Source: Lama guanicoe
Lineage: Eukaryota
Length of the DNA stretch: 64,000 bases
Assembly: GCA_013239625.1 (NCBI GenBank)
Contig: MU054391.1
Location: 558,001-622,000, forward strand
Direction of reading: 5' to 3'
Shown here: positions 35,201 through 50,441 of the stretch, one piece after another
How positions within the stretch are numbered: position 1 is the first letter of the stretch
Layout: the number at the start of each line of letters is the position of its first letter
Notes under the pieces: generated by a model
What the model was told of the DNA's origin: nothing
The model's database searches: none
The model's input: the letters and a program-made list of their open reading frames with translations, nothing else
Program-made: the position numbers and the translations under genes

Positions 35201-38200
35201 TTTCTCAGTTTCTCTGAGTTTGGTGAGATGCAGAAAGCGTGGCCTCAGTGTCACAGGAAGTGGGTCTGCGTCTGGGGTCTGCAGTTCCCGACTTCCGGGG
35301 CTGCCGGGGGTCGGGAAGGGCAGCGGTGAGACCAGCCCGGGCTGAGACCTTCCACAGACGCGGGGCCGGCACCATTCCCTCCGGACTTCACTCGCTGAAT
35401 CACGATTACAAGAAATGATGACAGTGGCCATTCTCTGAGTTAATTTCTGGTGCAGTAATTTTTAAAGAACATAAACACCAGTGTTTCCCAGGAACTTCCT
35501 CTGAGGACAGCTGCGAGCTAAGTCATTCAGCAGAGGCTCCGTTTGCCCTGCTTTGTTTTGCTCAGCGAGGACAAACAAGAGGCTCAGCCTGTTTGCCGGG
35601 AAGGATGTGGGTAATGGGAAAAGCATGTCACAGGGAAGTCACGCAGCCAGGAGACGCAGGGCTTGCAGCCGAGGGTTAATAACCGCTACAGAGATGCGAT
35701 TTCGATAAAAACACATCGAAAATAACCGCTTCCCGTGACACTTGAAGATCATGCTCAATGTTGGAACAGGAAAGAACGCTTCCATGAAAACCAGAAGGCT
35801 CCCATTCCCAGACCTCCCAGACAGAAAAGCCACATCAACCCACCGCTCTGCCCGGAGCGGTCCCTGCAGCGACAGAGGGACAGTTCCCGCCACACCAGGA
35901 CACCGAAGTGGCCACAAAGAAGCTAATCTCGAAAAATGGGGCTTCCTGGCAGAACTGCCCAGACCAGCTTTAGGCTGACGTTCACCTGTAACGGGAAGAA
36001 AGACGGACCTTGGCAGGTTCAGTCGGGGAAGCGTTTGTGACACCAGGTGCGGCCACTGTGGGGACCCCGGGGAGCCCGGCCCGCTGCCCTCCCCTGGAGA
36101 CCCGGTCTCGGAACAAAGACACCGGATGCTCAAACAGCAGATAAGACAGGGGTACTGTGAGCAAAGCCCACAAATATAAAAGCAGGCACCACTGCGGCTT
36201 CTGGAAGCTTCCAAATTCAAACCTGCTACCTCACCGTCAAGGCCTCTAGGCTTGGGGTTTGAGAGTATTTGTTCCCATGAAAGAAGGCAAACCCACAATC
36301 TGTTAACACTCAGTACCCAGAGCAGCAGTGTGGTCCGTTCAGGGCTTTGACGAAGACTGGCCGGCAGCCCAGGGGGACGCCCGCGGGAAGGAGCCTGTTC
36401 CAGGGAGCGCAGCCTGGGGGTGACGTGATGGAGCCGCGGGCCGGGTCAGGCTGGCCGGGGGCACAGGGCCAGATTAGGTCCAGATCTGCCCCGGCCCACC
36501 CCTCCCTCCCCGGCGCCCTGGGGCACCGTCCCCTCCTCGGGACCCACCTCCCCGCATCTGAATTGCAGGACAGCCTCACACCTGCTCAAGCTGAGGCTCC
36601 TGTCCACCCACGGTGGGGGTTTCAGGACACTTGAGCCTCTGGTGGCTTTGGGGACAGACAACCCTGATGGCTCAGTGCTTTGTCCTCTGTCTGTCTCAAC
36701 TCTAAGGGTCTAGGGTCTCAGGGCTGCAGCTGCGGGTGGTGATGAAGCGGTTAAAACCAGAAAAAACATGTTCATAAAACTCTGGGCAAACCAGACGACT
36801 TCCTGAAACTTGGTCAGAAAACACTTTTTTTTTTCCGAAGTAAAATACATTTAAAATGGCTCTGGGACATTCACTAGACTGAGACTCTTTGCAAAAGCCC
36901 CGCAACTAGGTACCCCATTTGGCATAGCCTCTTGCACACGGGAGGCAGGTGGGCATTTCTGCAAGGTGATACACGTGTCTGCGCGTTCTCCTCTTCAGAA
37001 ACAAGATGCCAGAGATGTTTGCTGATTTTACATCACCCATTTCATTTGAGTTAAAATGCTGCATGGCCCTCAGCCCTGTGTCGACCTGGGTCAACTGCGG
37101 ACCAGGAAAGTTCAGACCAATTTACTTGACAAGACCAATGTAGCTTGTCTTTTGCTGACTGAGGGGCAGAGAGCAGGTGAGCAGCTGGTGGGCCAGGCAA
37201 GCTGAACTTCTGCCCCTAGGGCTGCAGCCCCGGGCTCGAGGCAGCTTCCAGCCGCGTGGAGTGGATGTGGAGTCCGGGTCCCCCAGGGAGGGGTCGGGCA
37301 CCACCCCCATCGCTGCACGTGCTCGGAACCTGGCCCAAGGTGGGGCCCCTCTCCCACCCCCAGCTCAGAGCCACTGCTGGTTCCTGCGGGGGCCGGGGAG
37401 CTGCCATCCGTCCCAGGGGCTGGTCCCACGTCCACCTCACCCAGGGCCTATCCCCTCTGGCCCACGCACCTTCTGCAGCCGCTTGGCCTGGGGACCTGGC
37501 CCCCAGCCCCCGGTCACAGCACCCCGAGACCCGACCATGTGCAGTGAACGCTGACTCACATTACACACATATGTACTTTGCGTTTGCCGTTCGGAGGAAA
37601 GACAGCTGCAGTCTGTACACTCAGCCCTGGGATGTGTCCAGGTCCCCACTCCTGTGACCCGGGGGAGCCTCCGCGAACACACCAGAGGGTTTAGGCTCGT
37701 CGCCTCCTGCAAGGAGGCGCGCACTAGTGGAAGCAGCTCAAGTGTCTCACTGCGAATTCTGAAATGATTTGACAACTTCCAAAAACTCAAGACCATTTTC
37801 CCCAGATACTTCACTTTCCTTCTTGGATAATTACACAAGGTGCCCTCACACCGCCCCCAGGCCCCTTCAGAACAGCACCTTCTCCTCCTGGGGCCCAGAG
37901 CACCGGAGGATGGAGAGCCGTCACACGGTCACACGTTTCTGGCCACAGAGCCGTGCTCGGGCAGTTCTTCGGGGAGTGGCTCATCCCTTGTCCCCTGCTT
38001 TGGGAGAGCAGGCCCCACTGTTCCCACCTGTGTATGTTGGCTTCTCCCTGACAAACGTCCCCCTTCACACTCTGAAACGTCAGGGACAGGGCGGGGCTGC
38101 AGGTTTCTCCCGAGAGCTCCGCTCCCACCAGCCCCGTCCGCCAGGACAGCACCCCAGCTCTGCGTGAGGACGGACTCCCTTTTAACTAGCCCCTTCCACC

Positions 38201-38349
38201 TGCCTTCCTCGCTCCTACAGATGTGGTGCTCGCAGCCCCGGGGCTACCTCCGGCCTCTGGGCCCTGCCCCTCGCCCGCTCCCACTGTCAGCCCTGGGCTG
38301 GGCAGGCACAGCCGCCAGTGGTCGGCCCGTGAAAGAAGCAAGTCCAATC

Positions 38350-40342
38350 TCCATCTGAAAACGTGGCCCATTTATTGGAACCGAAAGGCATCGTTACATA
38401 GTGCAAACGTCTCTTTGGTGATGTACTGGTTACAATGAACATAAGAAAGGCACTTGCTGTTGGCAAACCGTTAGAAGTGAATGAAACCCGCTCTGCCCAC
38501 CCCCCACCGGTGATTCTGCGGACATCCCAGCTGCACCGCGGAGCTGCTCTGCGCACCAGACCGCCCCGTCGACTGAGATGGTGCCATCCTTCCACAACCG
38601 CTCAGACCACAAGCCTTAACCCGCGAGCCGGCCGCCTCCGCACGGGGCCACAGACAGGCCTCCCGGGCACCTCCAGACGCCAACACTGCAGAGCGTGGGC
38701 TCCGTGGTCCTTTCACATCTGAGCAACTTACAGAACCATGGACTTTCAGACAGAGTTTTCCTCTTTCTGTTTACAGAAATCTGTTTCAGGATTTGGTTAC
38801 TCAATTCGACTTGCAATTTCAAAAGAAGTCCTGTGCCCCATGGGACGTGGGGCTTTTATTCATCACTTAGTGATATGAGGGCAGAAGGCAAGCGGACTGT
38901 TTAAAGCTGCTCAGGCTGGAATATGAACATGCAGGCACTGGGCTCTCCTGCAGGTGAAGGAGGCTGTGCCGGGCTAAACCCAGGCTTTCAACTGCTCACT
39001 ATGTGCCAGACACTGCCGGAGACTGGCCTTCCCCGCCACCAGCCCCGCCGCCCCCGTGATGGACTCCCCAGGGGACAGAGACAGCCAGGTCCTCCTGGGT
39101 CTCTGCTGGGACGGGCAGGCGGGCCCTGCGTCTGTGCCCAGCACAAGGCCTGGCTCCCAGTGGACACTAATCAGCGTCTGCAGAACTGAACAGAATGTGC
39201 AGGACATGTTTCTCAGAACACAGATCACTTTGTATTTGGAACAAAACAGGAGGATTTTGGTCAATTAAAAAGACAGACCATGAGGTATGAAAGTTGCTTT
39301 TCACTGGATTCTGTACGAACTTCTGCAGAGTAGAAATGACTCCTGCCGTGTCTAACACTAAAACGTGGGCAAAATTTCATAAAGCGTCGTGCATTTTGAA
39401 AATACAAATGAGGTACAGGGATTGCTTTAACTCACTCACACAACCTGCAGTCAGAAAGTTCCCCACATTCGAACTCCTCCCGTCGGCAGAAGAATCTAGG
39501 GCGTCGTGACTCTCCATGGGCTCGAGCGGGACCGAGTCCGGCGATGGAGCGGAGCACGAGCTGGCACGTGCACGGAGCAGTAGGCCCCGTCCGCTACAGC
39601 ATGGAGGGTTTTCATTTCTGGTCCACACTAGGCAGTGCATATGCAGGTCGGACGTGAACTCAAGACTTATTCCTAAATGCGGCTTAATAACCTCATGATC
39701 TGGGCGAAAGGAGAGCCGAGCTGCACGATGTGCTGGGGCTGCGGGCGGCAGGGACGTCTGCTCGGCGGTGCAGGCGAGGCCCCGGGAGGCTGCGGAGGAC
39801 CGGAGGAGGGGCTGTGGTCTGGCGGATGTGGGGTGACGGGGTATGAGAGCCTGTGTCACCCCTAAGAGCGTCCCCCAACGTGCTCCACAGAGACTCCATT
39901 CCGTTTGCCAAATACTGAATTTCTCGTAAATCCCGCGCCCTCTGCCAGCAGCTCCGCTCTGCGCCCATCCCTTGGGCGACGGGCCTGCAAGCTCTTGGAA
40001 TCAGGAACCAGCAGGACTAAGTTTCAGTTGAGGAGAAATGGTGATATTAGCTGAAATCAACTTAGGAGCCTAAATGATTTAACTGTGCAATTTAATAGTA
40101 GCACCAATTTTTCATTAAAAAAATTAAATAAAAACCTGAGAAATCTAACATGAAGTTAGGACATGTGTCTGCTTCCCGCCCTCGTCTGCTCCAGGGCCTC
40201 CTGGTGAGCAAGGATCCTGGGTTAGTTCCAACACAGCCGGAGCCGCGGCCTGGAACCCCCAAGCCTCAACGCTCCTGGCCTGCGCTCCCCAAACCAGCGC
40301 GGCCACGGAGGACGCACGGAGACGCGCTGGGCCTCCAGGCAC
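38350..40342 (-). other. PXDN: PXDN 3'UTR (end approximate)
   Basis: Between the stop codon and the AATAAA; contains U-rich blocks. Confidence 0.7.
38371..38376 (-). terminator. Probable PXDN polyadenylation signal (second candidate at 38855-38860)
   Basis: tttatt on + is AATAAA on -, ~2 kb past the stop codon. Confidence 0.7.
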
Positions 40343-40462
40343 CTAAGGCTTCTTTCCTGGGGAGTCGCTCGGGCAGGCTGGACAGCAGGCCCCGCTGGCT
40401 CTCACGGGCGCTGGACAATCGGCAGGCTGGCAGGCTTCCACGAAGCAGGTGACCTGCCCGTC
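40343..40462 (-). CDS. PXDN: Peroxidasin exon 23 (VWC C-terminal half, stop)
   Basis: ctccag|GAC; [42 protein letters not shown]. Confidence 0.95.
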   Translation of the reverse strand, partial: DGQVTCFVEACQPADCPAPVRASGACCPACPSDSPGKKP

Positions 40463-40883
40463 CTGGAGGAGAGACGGCGCCAGCCGGTCAGTCCCCGGGA
40501 GAGCCGGGCCTGCGTCACACTCTCCCTCCCCGTCTGGCCTGCTGGGTGGGCTCTGCAATCAGAGAGCAGCTGACTCTCTTGGCTGGTTCACAGCGCAGAC
40601 ACCCCACTCCTTCCAGCCCGCCTCCACCGTCTTCTGCCACCGTCCCCCGGACCACAGCTGCACATCTTCCACGCTGCCCACTGGGGACCCTGGGACCCTG
40701 TCCCTGGGTGTCGACCAGAAGGAGGGCCGACTAGCGAGAAGATGGAGGGGCCAGGGCTCCATCATCCCCAGCGCAGACCACCACCAGGGACACAGCGCCC
40801 TCCTGCCACAGCAGAGCTCTGACTGCCCAGCCGTCCGCAGCCAAGCACTCGTGACCCGGTTCCCAGACAGAGTCCACACTCAC

Positions 40884-40994
40884 GCGGCATTCACAGGCGG
40901 TGCAGGGGTCCCGTTTCCACTTGGCTCCGTTGGCGTGAGGGTTGCTGTCGGCATCCACGCACTCGGTGCTGAGCCGGGACTCGAGCTTCTTTAT
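40884..40994 (-). CDS. PXDN: PXDN exon 22 (VWC N-terminal half)
   Basis: gtgcag|ATA ... CGC|gtgagt, 111 bp; [14 protein letters not shown]...[13 protein letters not shown]. Confidence 0.95.
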
Positions 40995-42634
40995 CTGCAC
41001 AAAGCAGAGGAGGCGTGGGTCACACCGAGGAAGAGGTCAGCTCAGGGTCACAGCTGCTCCTTCACTGAAGTGATGCCTGGCGACCAAGAGGGACTGAGAC
41101 AAATGTTCCTAAGGAACCTCCAGCGTAGTCCTTGGACAGCTGTTTGCCCGGGAGCTCCAGGACCACGGCCTGACTGCTGCCGCGCTGATGCGAGAAACGC
41201 GCTTACCGCAAACACGCTGAGCGGTTACCTCGTGAGAAGGGGAGACGCTGCCGCCTCAGGGGTGAGCGCGAGCACCGGGGGGGGGACACACGGCGCCAGC
41301 TGCTCCAAGGAGCGCGAGGCCGTGCCGCTGCTGCTCCTGGCGGCACGGCGGCCCCTGCCGAGTGGTGCTGACCGGGTGCCGAGGCGGGAAATCCCTAGGT
41401 CTCTGCACCGTGGAGGGTCCCGCAGCCCCCCAGGTCCCTCTGGAGCACGTGAGAGGCAAGCACACCCCCACCTCGTGCAGACCGTCCCCACACCTCAGCT
41501 GACTGCTAAGTGAGGTCTGAATAGGGCCGGGGTCCCGGGCGTGACATCGCTCCGCCCTGCCGCCCTCCGTCTTCGGTCACCTGAGCCATCTGTGCGGTGA
41601 CCTCACCCCACCTGCGCCCTCCACTCGCAGGGGGACCCTCGGGCCATCGGTCCAGCCATCAATCTGCGCACTCCTCCTAGGGTGTCGCTCCCCCGCCCCA
41701 GGCTGGGCCCTCAAGACGCCTGGGCCGTCAGCTCTGGGGGATGTGCTTGGGTTTGTGTCTCCGGGTCCGGCCCAGCAGGGTGCCCGGCCTGCCCGCCCTC
41801 TCTGCCTGACCGTCCCCGCGTGTCCGCGCTCAGCACCTGAGCTGCCACCCTGTCCCTGGCCCTGAGGAGGAGGAGGTGCAGGGCAGGCATGGGGCAGGTG
41901 TGCAGAGGCCGAGCACCACACCTGGGGCAGGGGACACGAAGTCGGCCAAGCCTGAGGGCTGGGGCTCCCAGAGCAGCAAGGGTCTGCGCTAAGACCCCCG
42001 CTTCCAGGCCTGGCTCTGGACGGCTCCAGAGCATCAGGAATCCCTGCAGATGCGACCTTCTGTAGTCTGCATGCTCTCTGCTAATCCGAGACCTCTCTCT
42101 CCATTCCTGCTTACGTGGAATTACACTGAGACCCCAGTGCAGACATGCGGAAGCAGACAGCATTCGTGCCTGCAAACCTGCAGGCCCTAGGAGACGCGGA
42201 CGTGCTAGTGCCCTTCCCTCATCCAAGGGCACCTGACTGCCACCAGACCTCCCCGGGAACAGAGGTCTGACCGTCTTTCCCGAAGAAGTGGCTTTGGGCA
42301 GGACTGAGGTTTGAATTCTGCACCCGTGTCCCGATTCTGAGCCGCTCACAGCCCACGGCTCCATGGAGGCTTCAGCCAGCATCCCTGGGACCCAGCATTC
42401 CTCCCCAATGGCACTGACTCCTGGCCCATGGCTAGGGTCCCCGATCTCTGGGCCAGGCCGGAGACAAGACAAACAGGAGCAAAAAGACAAAAGGGACGTC
42501 CCTGGGGGTTCCATGACCGAGGACCCCAGGCTGTCTGGGCAGAATTTCCCTCCATAGCCCTGGGAGACACGCACATGGGGCCTGCACATGAGGATTCAGA
42601 GGACGGCTGAGCTACAGGCACGAGGAGCCCTCAC

Positions 42635-42767
42635 CTGCTTCCTGAGGTCTGTGATGGTCTTCTGCATCTCCAGAACAAACTCCCTGAAGTCGCTCGTCCC
42701 CGGTACCTGTGGGCGCACGGAGGCGGCGGCCGTGGCGTTGCTGGGACGCTTCCCCTGTTTCCCAACT
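42635..42767 (-). CDS. PXDN: PXDN exon 21 (linker / helical region)
   Basis: 133 bp AG/GT; [12 protein letters not shown]...[19 protein letters not shown]. Confidence 0.93.
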
Positions 42768-42969
42768 CTGCACGGGCAGGTGGGGAGAGACCAGTGAGAC
42801 TCCGCGGTGAGAACCGCGGTGCAGCTGGAGCCAGTGACAGGGTGCTAGCCGCAGTCTGCCGGAGGCTGGGGGACACGGAGTGGTCACGCCACGTGGGGGC
42901 CATGTGGGACGCCCCCCCGCCCCAGGCCCCGCGCACGGTGCACGGCCTCCGCGCGGGACTCGGCCCTAC

Positions 42970-43090
42970 CTCGACATCTCCCGAGGTCCGGCATCCCTGC
43001 CAGGCTCGTCGCCCTGGTAGCTGAACTCAAGGGATCGCTTGCCTCGGAAGTGATAGGAAAAGGCGTTGAACTGCCCCCTGGTTCTGCAGT
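42970..43090 (-). CDS. PXDN: PXDN exon 20 (contains proprotein convertase site)
   Basis: 121 bp AG/GT; [25 protein letters not shown]. Confidence 0.94.
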
Positions 43091-45332
43091 CTGAGAGCAA
43101 AGTGCAGGCAGGTCAGTGGTCGGTGGCTCTCATCAGGGGGTAGCAAGTCCCCCGGCAAGTATCGCAGCCTTTCCCACGGGACACACCCTGATGCTCCCGC
43201 CCGCAGGGCTGAGGGGCCCTGCGCTCACGCTCCCTGACCGGGGCGGCGGCCTGGCCGGGGCCTCCCACCTCCCACTACTCCTCCCAGGGTCCCCATGCAC
43301 AGCTGGCCCCCGAGTCCTGGGAGTTTTTGTACTATTTCAACAATTTCCACAATTATTCCAAAAATTTTCAAAATTGTGTGTATGTGTGTGCCTTCTCCCC
43401 TGTGACTCATCAGCCTCCACAAAGAAGCTAAATTCACAACTCTGCTCAGAAGCAGCAGGTCCACCCCCTGGAACCGCTCCTTAGCTTCTCTGGAGACGCG
43501 CGGGAGTCCTGCTCGGAAACACACGCTGGCGTGGCTGAGACGTGAGCTTAGCAAAGTCTGCGCTGAGTGAGTTTTTATAAAAGTTGGGTTGAAAACTCAA
43601 TAGCAATCAACATCTGGTCCTATAAACCCTTGATTCGTTTTTTTCCTGCTACTTTTGGGTACGGCTTTTAGGCCAAAATGAAAACAGATAAAGCTTACAA
43701 AGCATTCTCTGATTTTATGAGCTGAGGGCCATGCCTGCTATTTTAAGAGGAAAAGTACCCAGGAAAGGCTGTCTCGCTGTGGATGCCTGAATCTCTCTGA
43801 CCAGCCACCAGCGACAGCGGGAAAGGCCCTGTCAGACGCCACGGGGGACTCAGCCTGGACTGAAGACTCAGGCCCTCGAGGGCTTCAGATTTGGGAGCAA
43901 AGAGCAGGGAACCTGTCTGCGCCTTCCTAAGCAACTACAAGAATCTGCCCACGTTCTGAGAAAACGGAGTTTCTGCATCTGAACAGAACTGGCTTTTCCT
44001 AATGATTTTCAAAGAGAACAATTTTCTGCAAATCCAAGAATCAAATTCTCTGTCATATGTGTGGTCAAGTGCTGTGACTCTGAGAAACCAGTCAGAAGAT
44101 GTAAAAAAAGCTAAAACAAACAAAAATTCCCCAAAACTATAAAAATGAGAATGCAAATGCTTTGGAAAATTGGGCACTCGGCTAGGAAAATTTTAATTTC
44201 ACGTGAATTCTCCTACAAGGTTACAAACCACATGTCATGTACACGCTTAACACAGGACACGTTTTACGTATTATGTTATGTGTATAATATACATAAACAG
44301 AGAGGAGAACCCACAGAGGCAGACACAGGACCAGATCACACACACACACGCCACACACCAAGACGTGAATACTTAATATTGAAAATAACAGCTTCTTAAA
44401 TAGGTTCCCAGTAGAAGCAAGTTGACCACAACTATTTCTACAGGGAAGAAGTGGAAGAGAAAACTCTGGTTTCCACACTTGGTGGCCACCGGCCTGTGGG
44501 GCGAGGGTGGGGGTCCAGGGCCCGGGCCCCCCTCGCCCATGGTGCCCAGCTCGGACATGGTCCGTGCGGGTCTCCCCATGCTGGTGGCCTCGGTTCCCTC
44601 ACCACAGAAGAGCAGGGTTACACGGGGTGCATCCTAAATGTCCCCCAGATTGAATGTTTCCTGGGTCTCTGATCATAGTTTGAATAAAACCAAAACCATG
44701 TTCAAATCAGAACACGAAGCCGAGGTTAACCACGGGCGGGATTTCGGAATGTCGAGAAGGAGCCACAATGTGGGGACAGCAGCCCCACGGGCGGCCTGAA
44801 TGGTGCGTCCAGAAACCACGCAAAGCCGCAGGACTGGCTGCCCCACCACTTCCCAGGGCCTCCAGGCTCCGGAGCTCGAGGCCACCTCCCACAGGAACGT
44901 CCCGTCACCCCTCCGCTCCCCAGAAGGAGTTTTACAGCACGCTTCTCTGGCTGCACGAGTGACTGCGGACGCAGAACAGACCGCACACACTTCTAAGTCA
45001 CAGCTGGTCTGATGCTCTGTGGCTGTGTTTCTCGCTTATCTCTCGTCTGTGGGGCACAGATACACAGGCCGCCCAACTGGGAAAGAAACTACGGGCAAAC
45101 GCCATGAAAGCCTCGTGTTCTGCCTTTTACTTGGTATTTTAGTTGTCATATTGACTCCAGTCCCTGGGCATCCCAGATCCCTCACACTCATACTTTGTCT
45201 CAGGCTCCGTGCGGACTCACTGTGGTTTAACAAGCGCCCTCCAGCCCGCCTGCCCTGCCGAGCCCATTCCCGTCCGCACTTATACCCACGCCATCAGTGC
45301 GGGGGCGCTGGGCCCGGCCCGGGGACGCTCAC

Positions 45333-45541
45333 CCTCACAGCAGTCCTGCCACACGCGCAAGTCCACTCTGGGGATCTCGTCACAGCTGCTGTACCCGTGC
45401 GGGAACTCCGCCACCCGGAACACGTCCCGCTGCACACGTGTGATGTTGTCTGAGTCGTCGCAAAGGATCCGGGCCAGCGACGTCTGCTTGATCTGTGTGA
45501 GCTGGGCCGGGGTGAACACCCCCGGGTTCTCGTACCACAGC
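45333..45541 (-). CDS. PXDN: PXDN exon 19
   Basis: 209 bp; LWYENPGVF...SLARILCD...[11 protein letters not shown]. Confidence 0.97.
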
Positions 45542-45809
45542 CTGCGTCCCCAGGGCGAGAGCGAGCTCAGAGCGCGCACGGGACTCGAAAGCCCCACCAA
45601 CGGTGCAGACGGCAGTGGCGCACTTAAGGGTCACGTAGCGGTGGATGCACACGTTGCTCTAAGCCCCACTCAGAAAACACAGACCAGGAGGTCCGGACTA
45701 AAGCTGCAGAGGGCAAGCCCCCTGAAAGCCCACTCAGGCCACTTTCCAGAAACACTGCCGGCACGTGGCCACCCGCCGAGTGACCCAGCGGCAGGCGCAC
45801 CTGCCTTTA

Positions 45810-45971
<162 letters not shown>

Positions 45972-48438
45972 TCACTGGGCGGAGCTGGAGCTGGCGGAGA
46001 GCCCCCCAGTGACGAGGACAAGGGTTCATTTTCTCCGTCATTATTTGCATTATTCGGACCTTCACGTAACACATCCAACTCACTGCTCTTTCTTTAAAGC
46101 ACCTTACCTACCCGTTATCTTTTAAAGAAACGTCCTACTTTCTGCTTAAATACACGCAGAAAACAGACACACAGATACATCTACTGTGCAGTTTAGAGCA
46201 GTCCAGAAAGCAAGGAAATTAAAGCCACGCCTTTCCTGACCATTCAGAGACACCTTGATATCTTAACATACACCTGTCCAATATTCTTTTATAAGCGATA
46301 TAAGCTGAAGACACACTTCGCGAAGATTACTGGGGTTCTGCCACATACTGAAACATCAGCTCTGAAGACACTTCTTACTAAGTGGAAATAGAGCAAAAGA
46401 CTAAGACGGGAGAGCTTAAATGTTCAAGAACAAACTTTTCATCAAAAATTTCCAATTCCTTAAAAATACATGAACAAGCAAAAAGCTGACCCTCTCTATC
46501 ACACTCTTTTCCAAGCTCTCGTGCCGTCCTCCGACACCTGCCAGACAGCAGCCGGTGGTCAGTTTCAATGTTGCTCAAATGAAGCTCAAGTCGATCTTTC
46601 AAGTGCGTCCTACAGCGGAGGCGCCTTCCCCAGCCCCTGGATGAGGGACGGGGCAGCGGACGAGGTGGTGCAGGGCCCGTCTGCGGTCCCTCAACTCAGG
46701 AGCAGGGTGCACAGTGGTGTTAGACGGGGGTGCCCCTCCCACGGAGCCGCTGCCCTCGCTCTCCAAGGTCAAGAACGGTGACACTGAACTTTAGTTTGGA
46801 TGGAAATACAATTGGAAAGAGCCCGGCCAGTGTGGTCTCTGCCTGAGGGGCTTTTCCCAATGGAAACAACCCGTTCCCAGGCAGGGTTCCCTCCGTCTGC
46901 CCCAGCCCGAGTGACCCGCCAACAGGGGCGGGCTGCCCACGCTGGGGGTGCAGACCCTGGACAATGGCAGGCATGGGCCCTACCCCCTCACTATGCTCCC
47001 AGAAATGAGGAGACCTGACCGGGCGCCACCGAAACAGGCAGACCATGTGATTCCCAGATCCCCACTTCAAAGCCCTGGGCTCCCTACGGCTTCCCAGGGG
47101 ATGATGTCTCAAACTCCCTGCCCTGTGTCCTCACTCTTCCTGGCACCTGCTCTCGTTCCCAGCCTGCAAGCCAGGGCTGACGCGGAAGACAGCAAATGCG
47201 TGGTTCTCCTGTGGGTGTGTCTCCCTGACGTCCCCCCAGGGGCCCTTGCCCTGCTAGCAGTGCTAAGCTGGACAGAGGGTTCTTTAAACTGTTTTGAAAT
47301 AAGTTGGGCAAAGGAGAGAAATGCCAGGAAAGTAATTGCATCCATCTGGATGAGAACCTCGGAGGGTACTTAAGCACAAAACATACAGACAGTTCACAGT
47401 CCCTGGCTGAGCATCACGGTGGCACAAGGTCCCCGTCCTGCTGGAGGGTGTGTTTATGTACCCAGCAACCTAACACTGATTCAAAGGAACGCTGGAACAT
47501 AGTAAACTTCCCAGAGCACGAAGTTCACTTATTCACAACCTGAAACAAACTATGAATAGAAAGTCATTTTCTCCACAGGCACAGGCGGGTCCCAGGGGAA
47601 CACGCCTCAGCTGCAGGGCTAAGGGCACAACCTAGGAATGGGCGAGGCACCCTTCCGCGACCCGGAGAGCCAGGAAAGGACCCCGAGTGAGTCTTCACGA
47701 GAGAGGGTTTTTCTCTCTAAAACAACTCTTTCAAACGTGAAAGCACACGTTGTAAATGCACAATGACCTGTGGACCTAACTCCTCCGTCCAAGGACCACG
47801 AGGGGTCATTCTGGAAAGAGTAACGAGTGGCTAAAGGCTCCCTAAGAGCCTCGGATAAACAACACGGGAGAAGGGACTTCAGGAGGAAGGGCGGACCCAA
47901 CACGGGGAGAGCTGGCGTGAGTCCCGGAGGCCCCGAGGTCTAGTTAGCAATGTGAGAGCCGAGGGCCGGCAGGCTGCTGTTGGCGGGAAGCCCCCCGCGA
48001 CCAGGTCTCGGCCCCTCGGCCCCTGACGGGACCAAGCGCAGCCTCCGCTCTGTCCACGAGAGGAAGGGGCCCTGACCCACAGGGCGGCGACCTCACACTC
48101 CCACCCCTGCCCAGTGAGGTCCCTCCCGGGAATGAGCGAAGCCGCTGCCCGCGGGGCAGGAGCCCAGGGGGCGCGGAGACCGGCCAGGCCTGGGTGACAG
48201 CTAGTTCAGGGAGAGGCTTCCGGACACCCCGCCGCTGACCCACCAGCCCTGCCTGCAGGCGCTCTGGCGCCCGGGCTCCTGCGGCCGCAGCAGAGCCTCC
48301 TCCCGAAGCCCCCGACAGACCGAGGCTCAGTCCTGACGCTGTTCCCAGTTGATCCCCCCCCCCCCGCCAGGCCCTGCAGACAAGCCCCTCATCTCCTCAC
48401 GCTCACTGGGGGCGTGGCTGTGGTACCCAGCTGCGGGT

Positions 48439-48886
48439 NNNNNNNNNNNNNNNNNNNNNNNNNNNNNNNNNNNNNNNNNNNNNNNNNNNNNNNNNNNNNN
48501 NNNNNNNNNNNNNNNNNNNNNNNNNNNNNNNNNNNNNNNNNNNNNNNNNNNNNNNNNNNNNNNNNNNNNNNNNNNNNNNNNNNNNNNNNNNNNNNNNNNN
48601 NNNNNNNNNNNNNNNNNNNNNNNNNNNNNNNNNNNNNNNNNNNNNNNNNNNNNNNNNNNNNNNNNNNNNNNNNNNNNNNNNNNNNNNNNNNNNNNNNNNN
48701 NNNNNNNNNNNNNNNNNNNNNNNNNNNNNNNNNNNNNNNNNNNNNNNNNNNNNNNNNNNNNNNNNNNNNNNNNNNNNNNNNNNNNNNNNNNNNNNNNNNN
48801 NNNNNNNNNNNNNNNNNNNNNNNNNNNNNNNNNNNNNNNNNNNNNNNNNNNNNNNNNNNNNNNNNNNNNNNNNNNNNNNNNNNNNN
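48439..48886. other. Assembly gap (448 N) in PXDN intron 17
   Basis: Run of n flanked by a poly-C tract. Confidence 0.99.
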
Positions 48887-48887
48887 C

Positions 48888-50441
<1,554 letters not shown>

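Noticed and set aside
40449-41513. 354-aa plus-strand ORF; similarly 28904-29803, 41711-42589, 13801-14613 and 25910-26650
   Set aside because: Low-complexity P/G/R/S-rich translations, mostly non-ATG starts, and no domain; typical of chance ORFs in GC-rich DNA.
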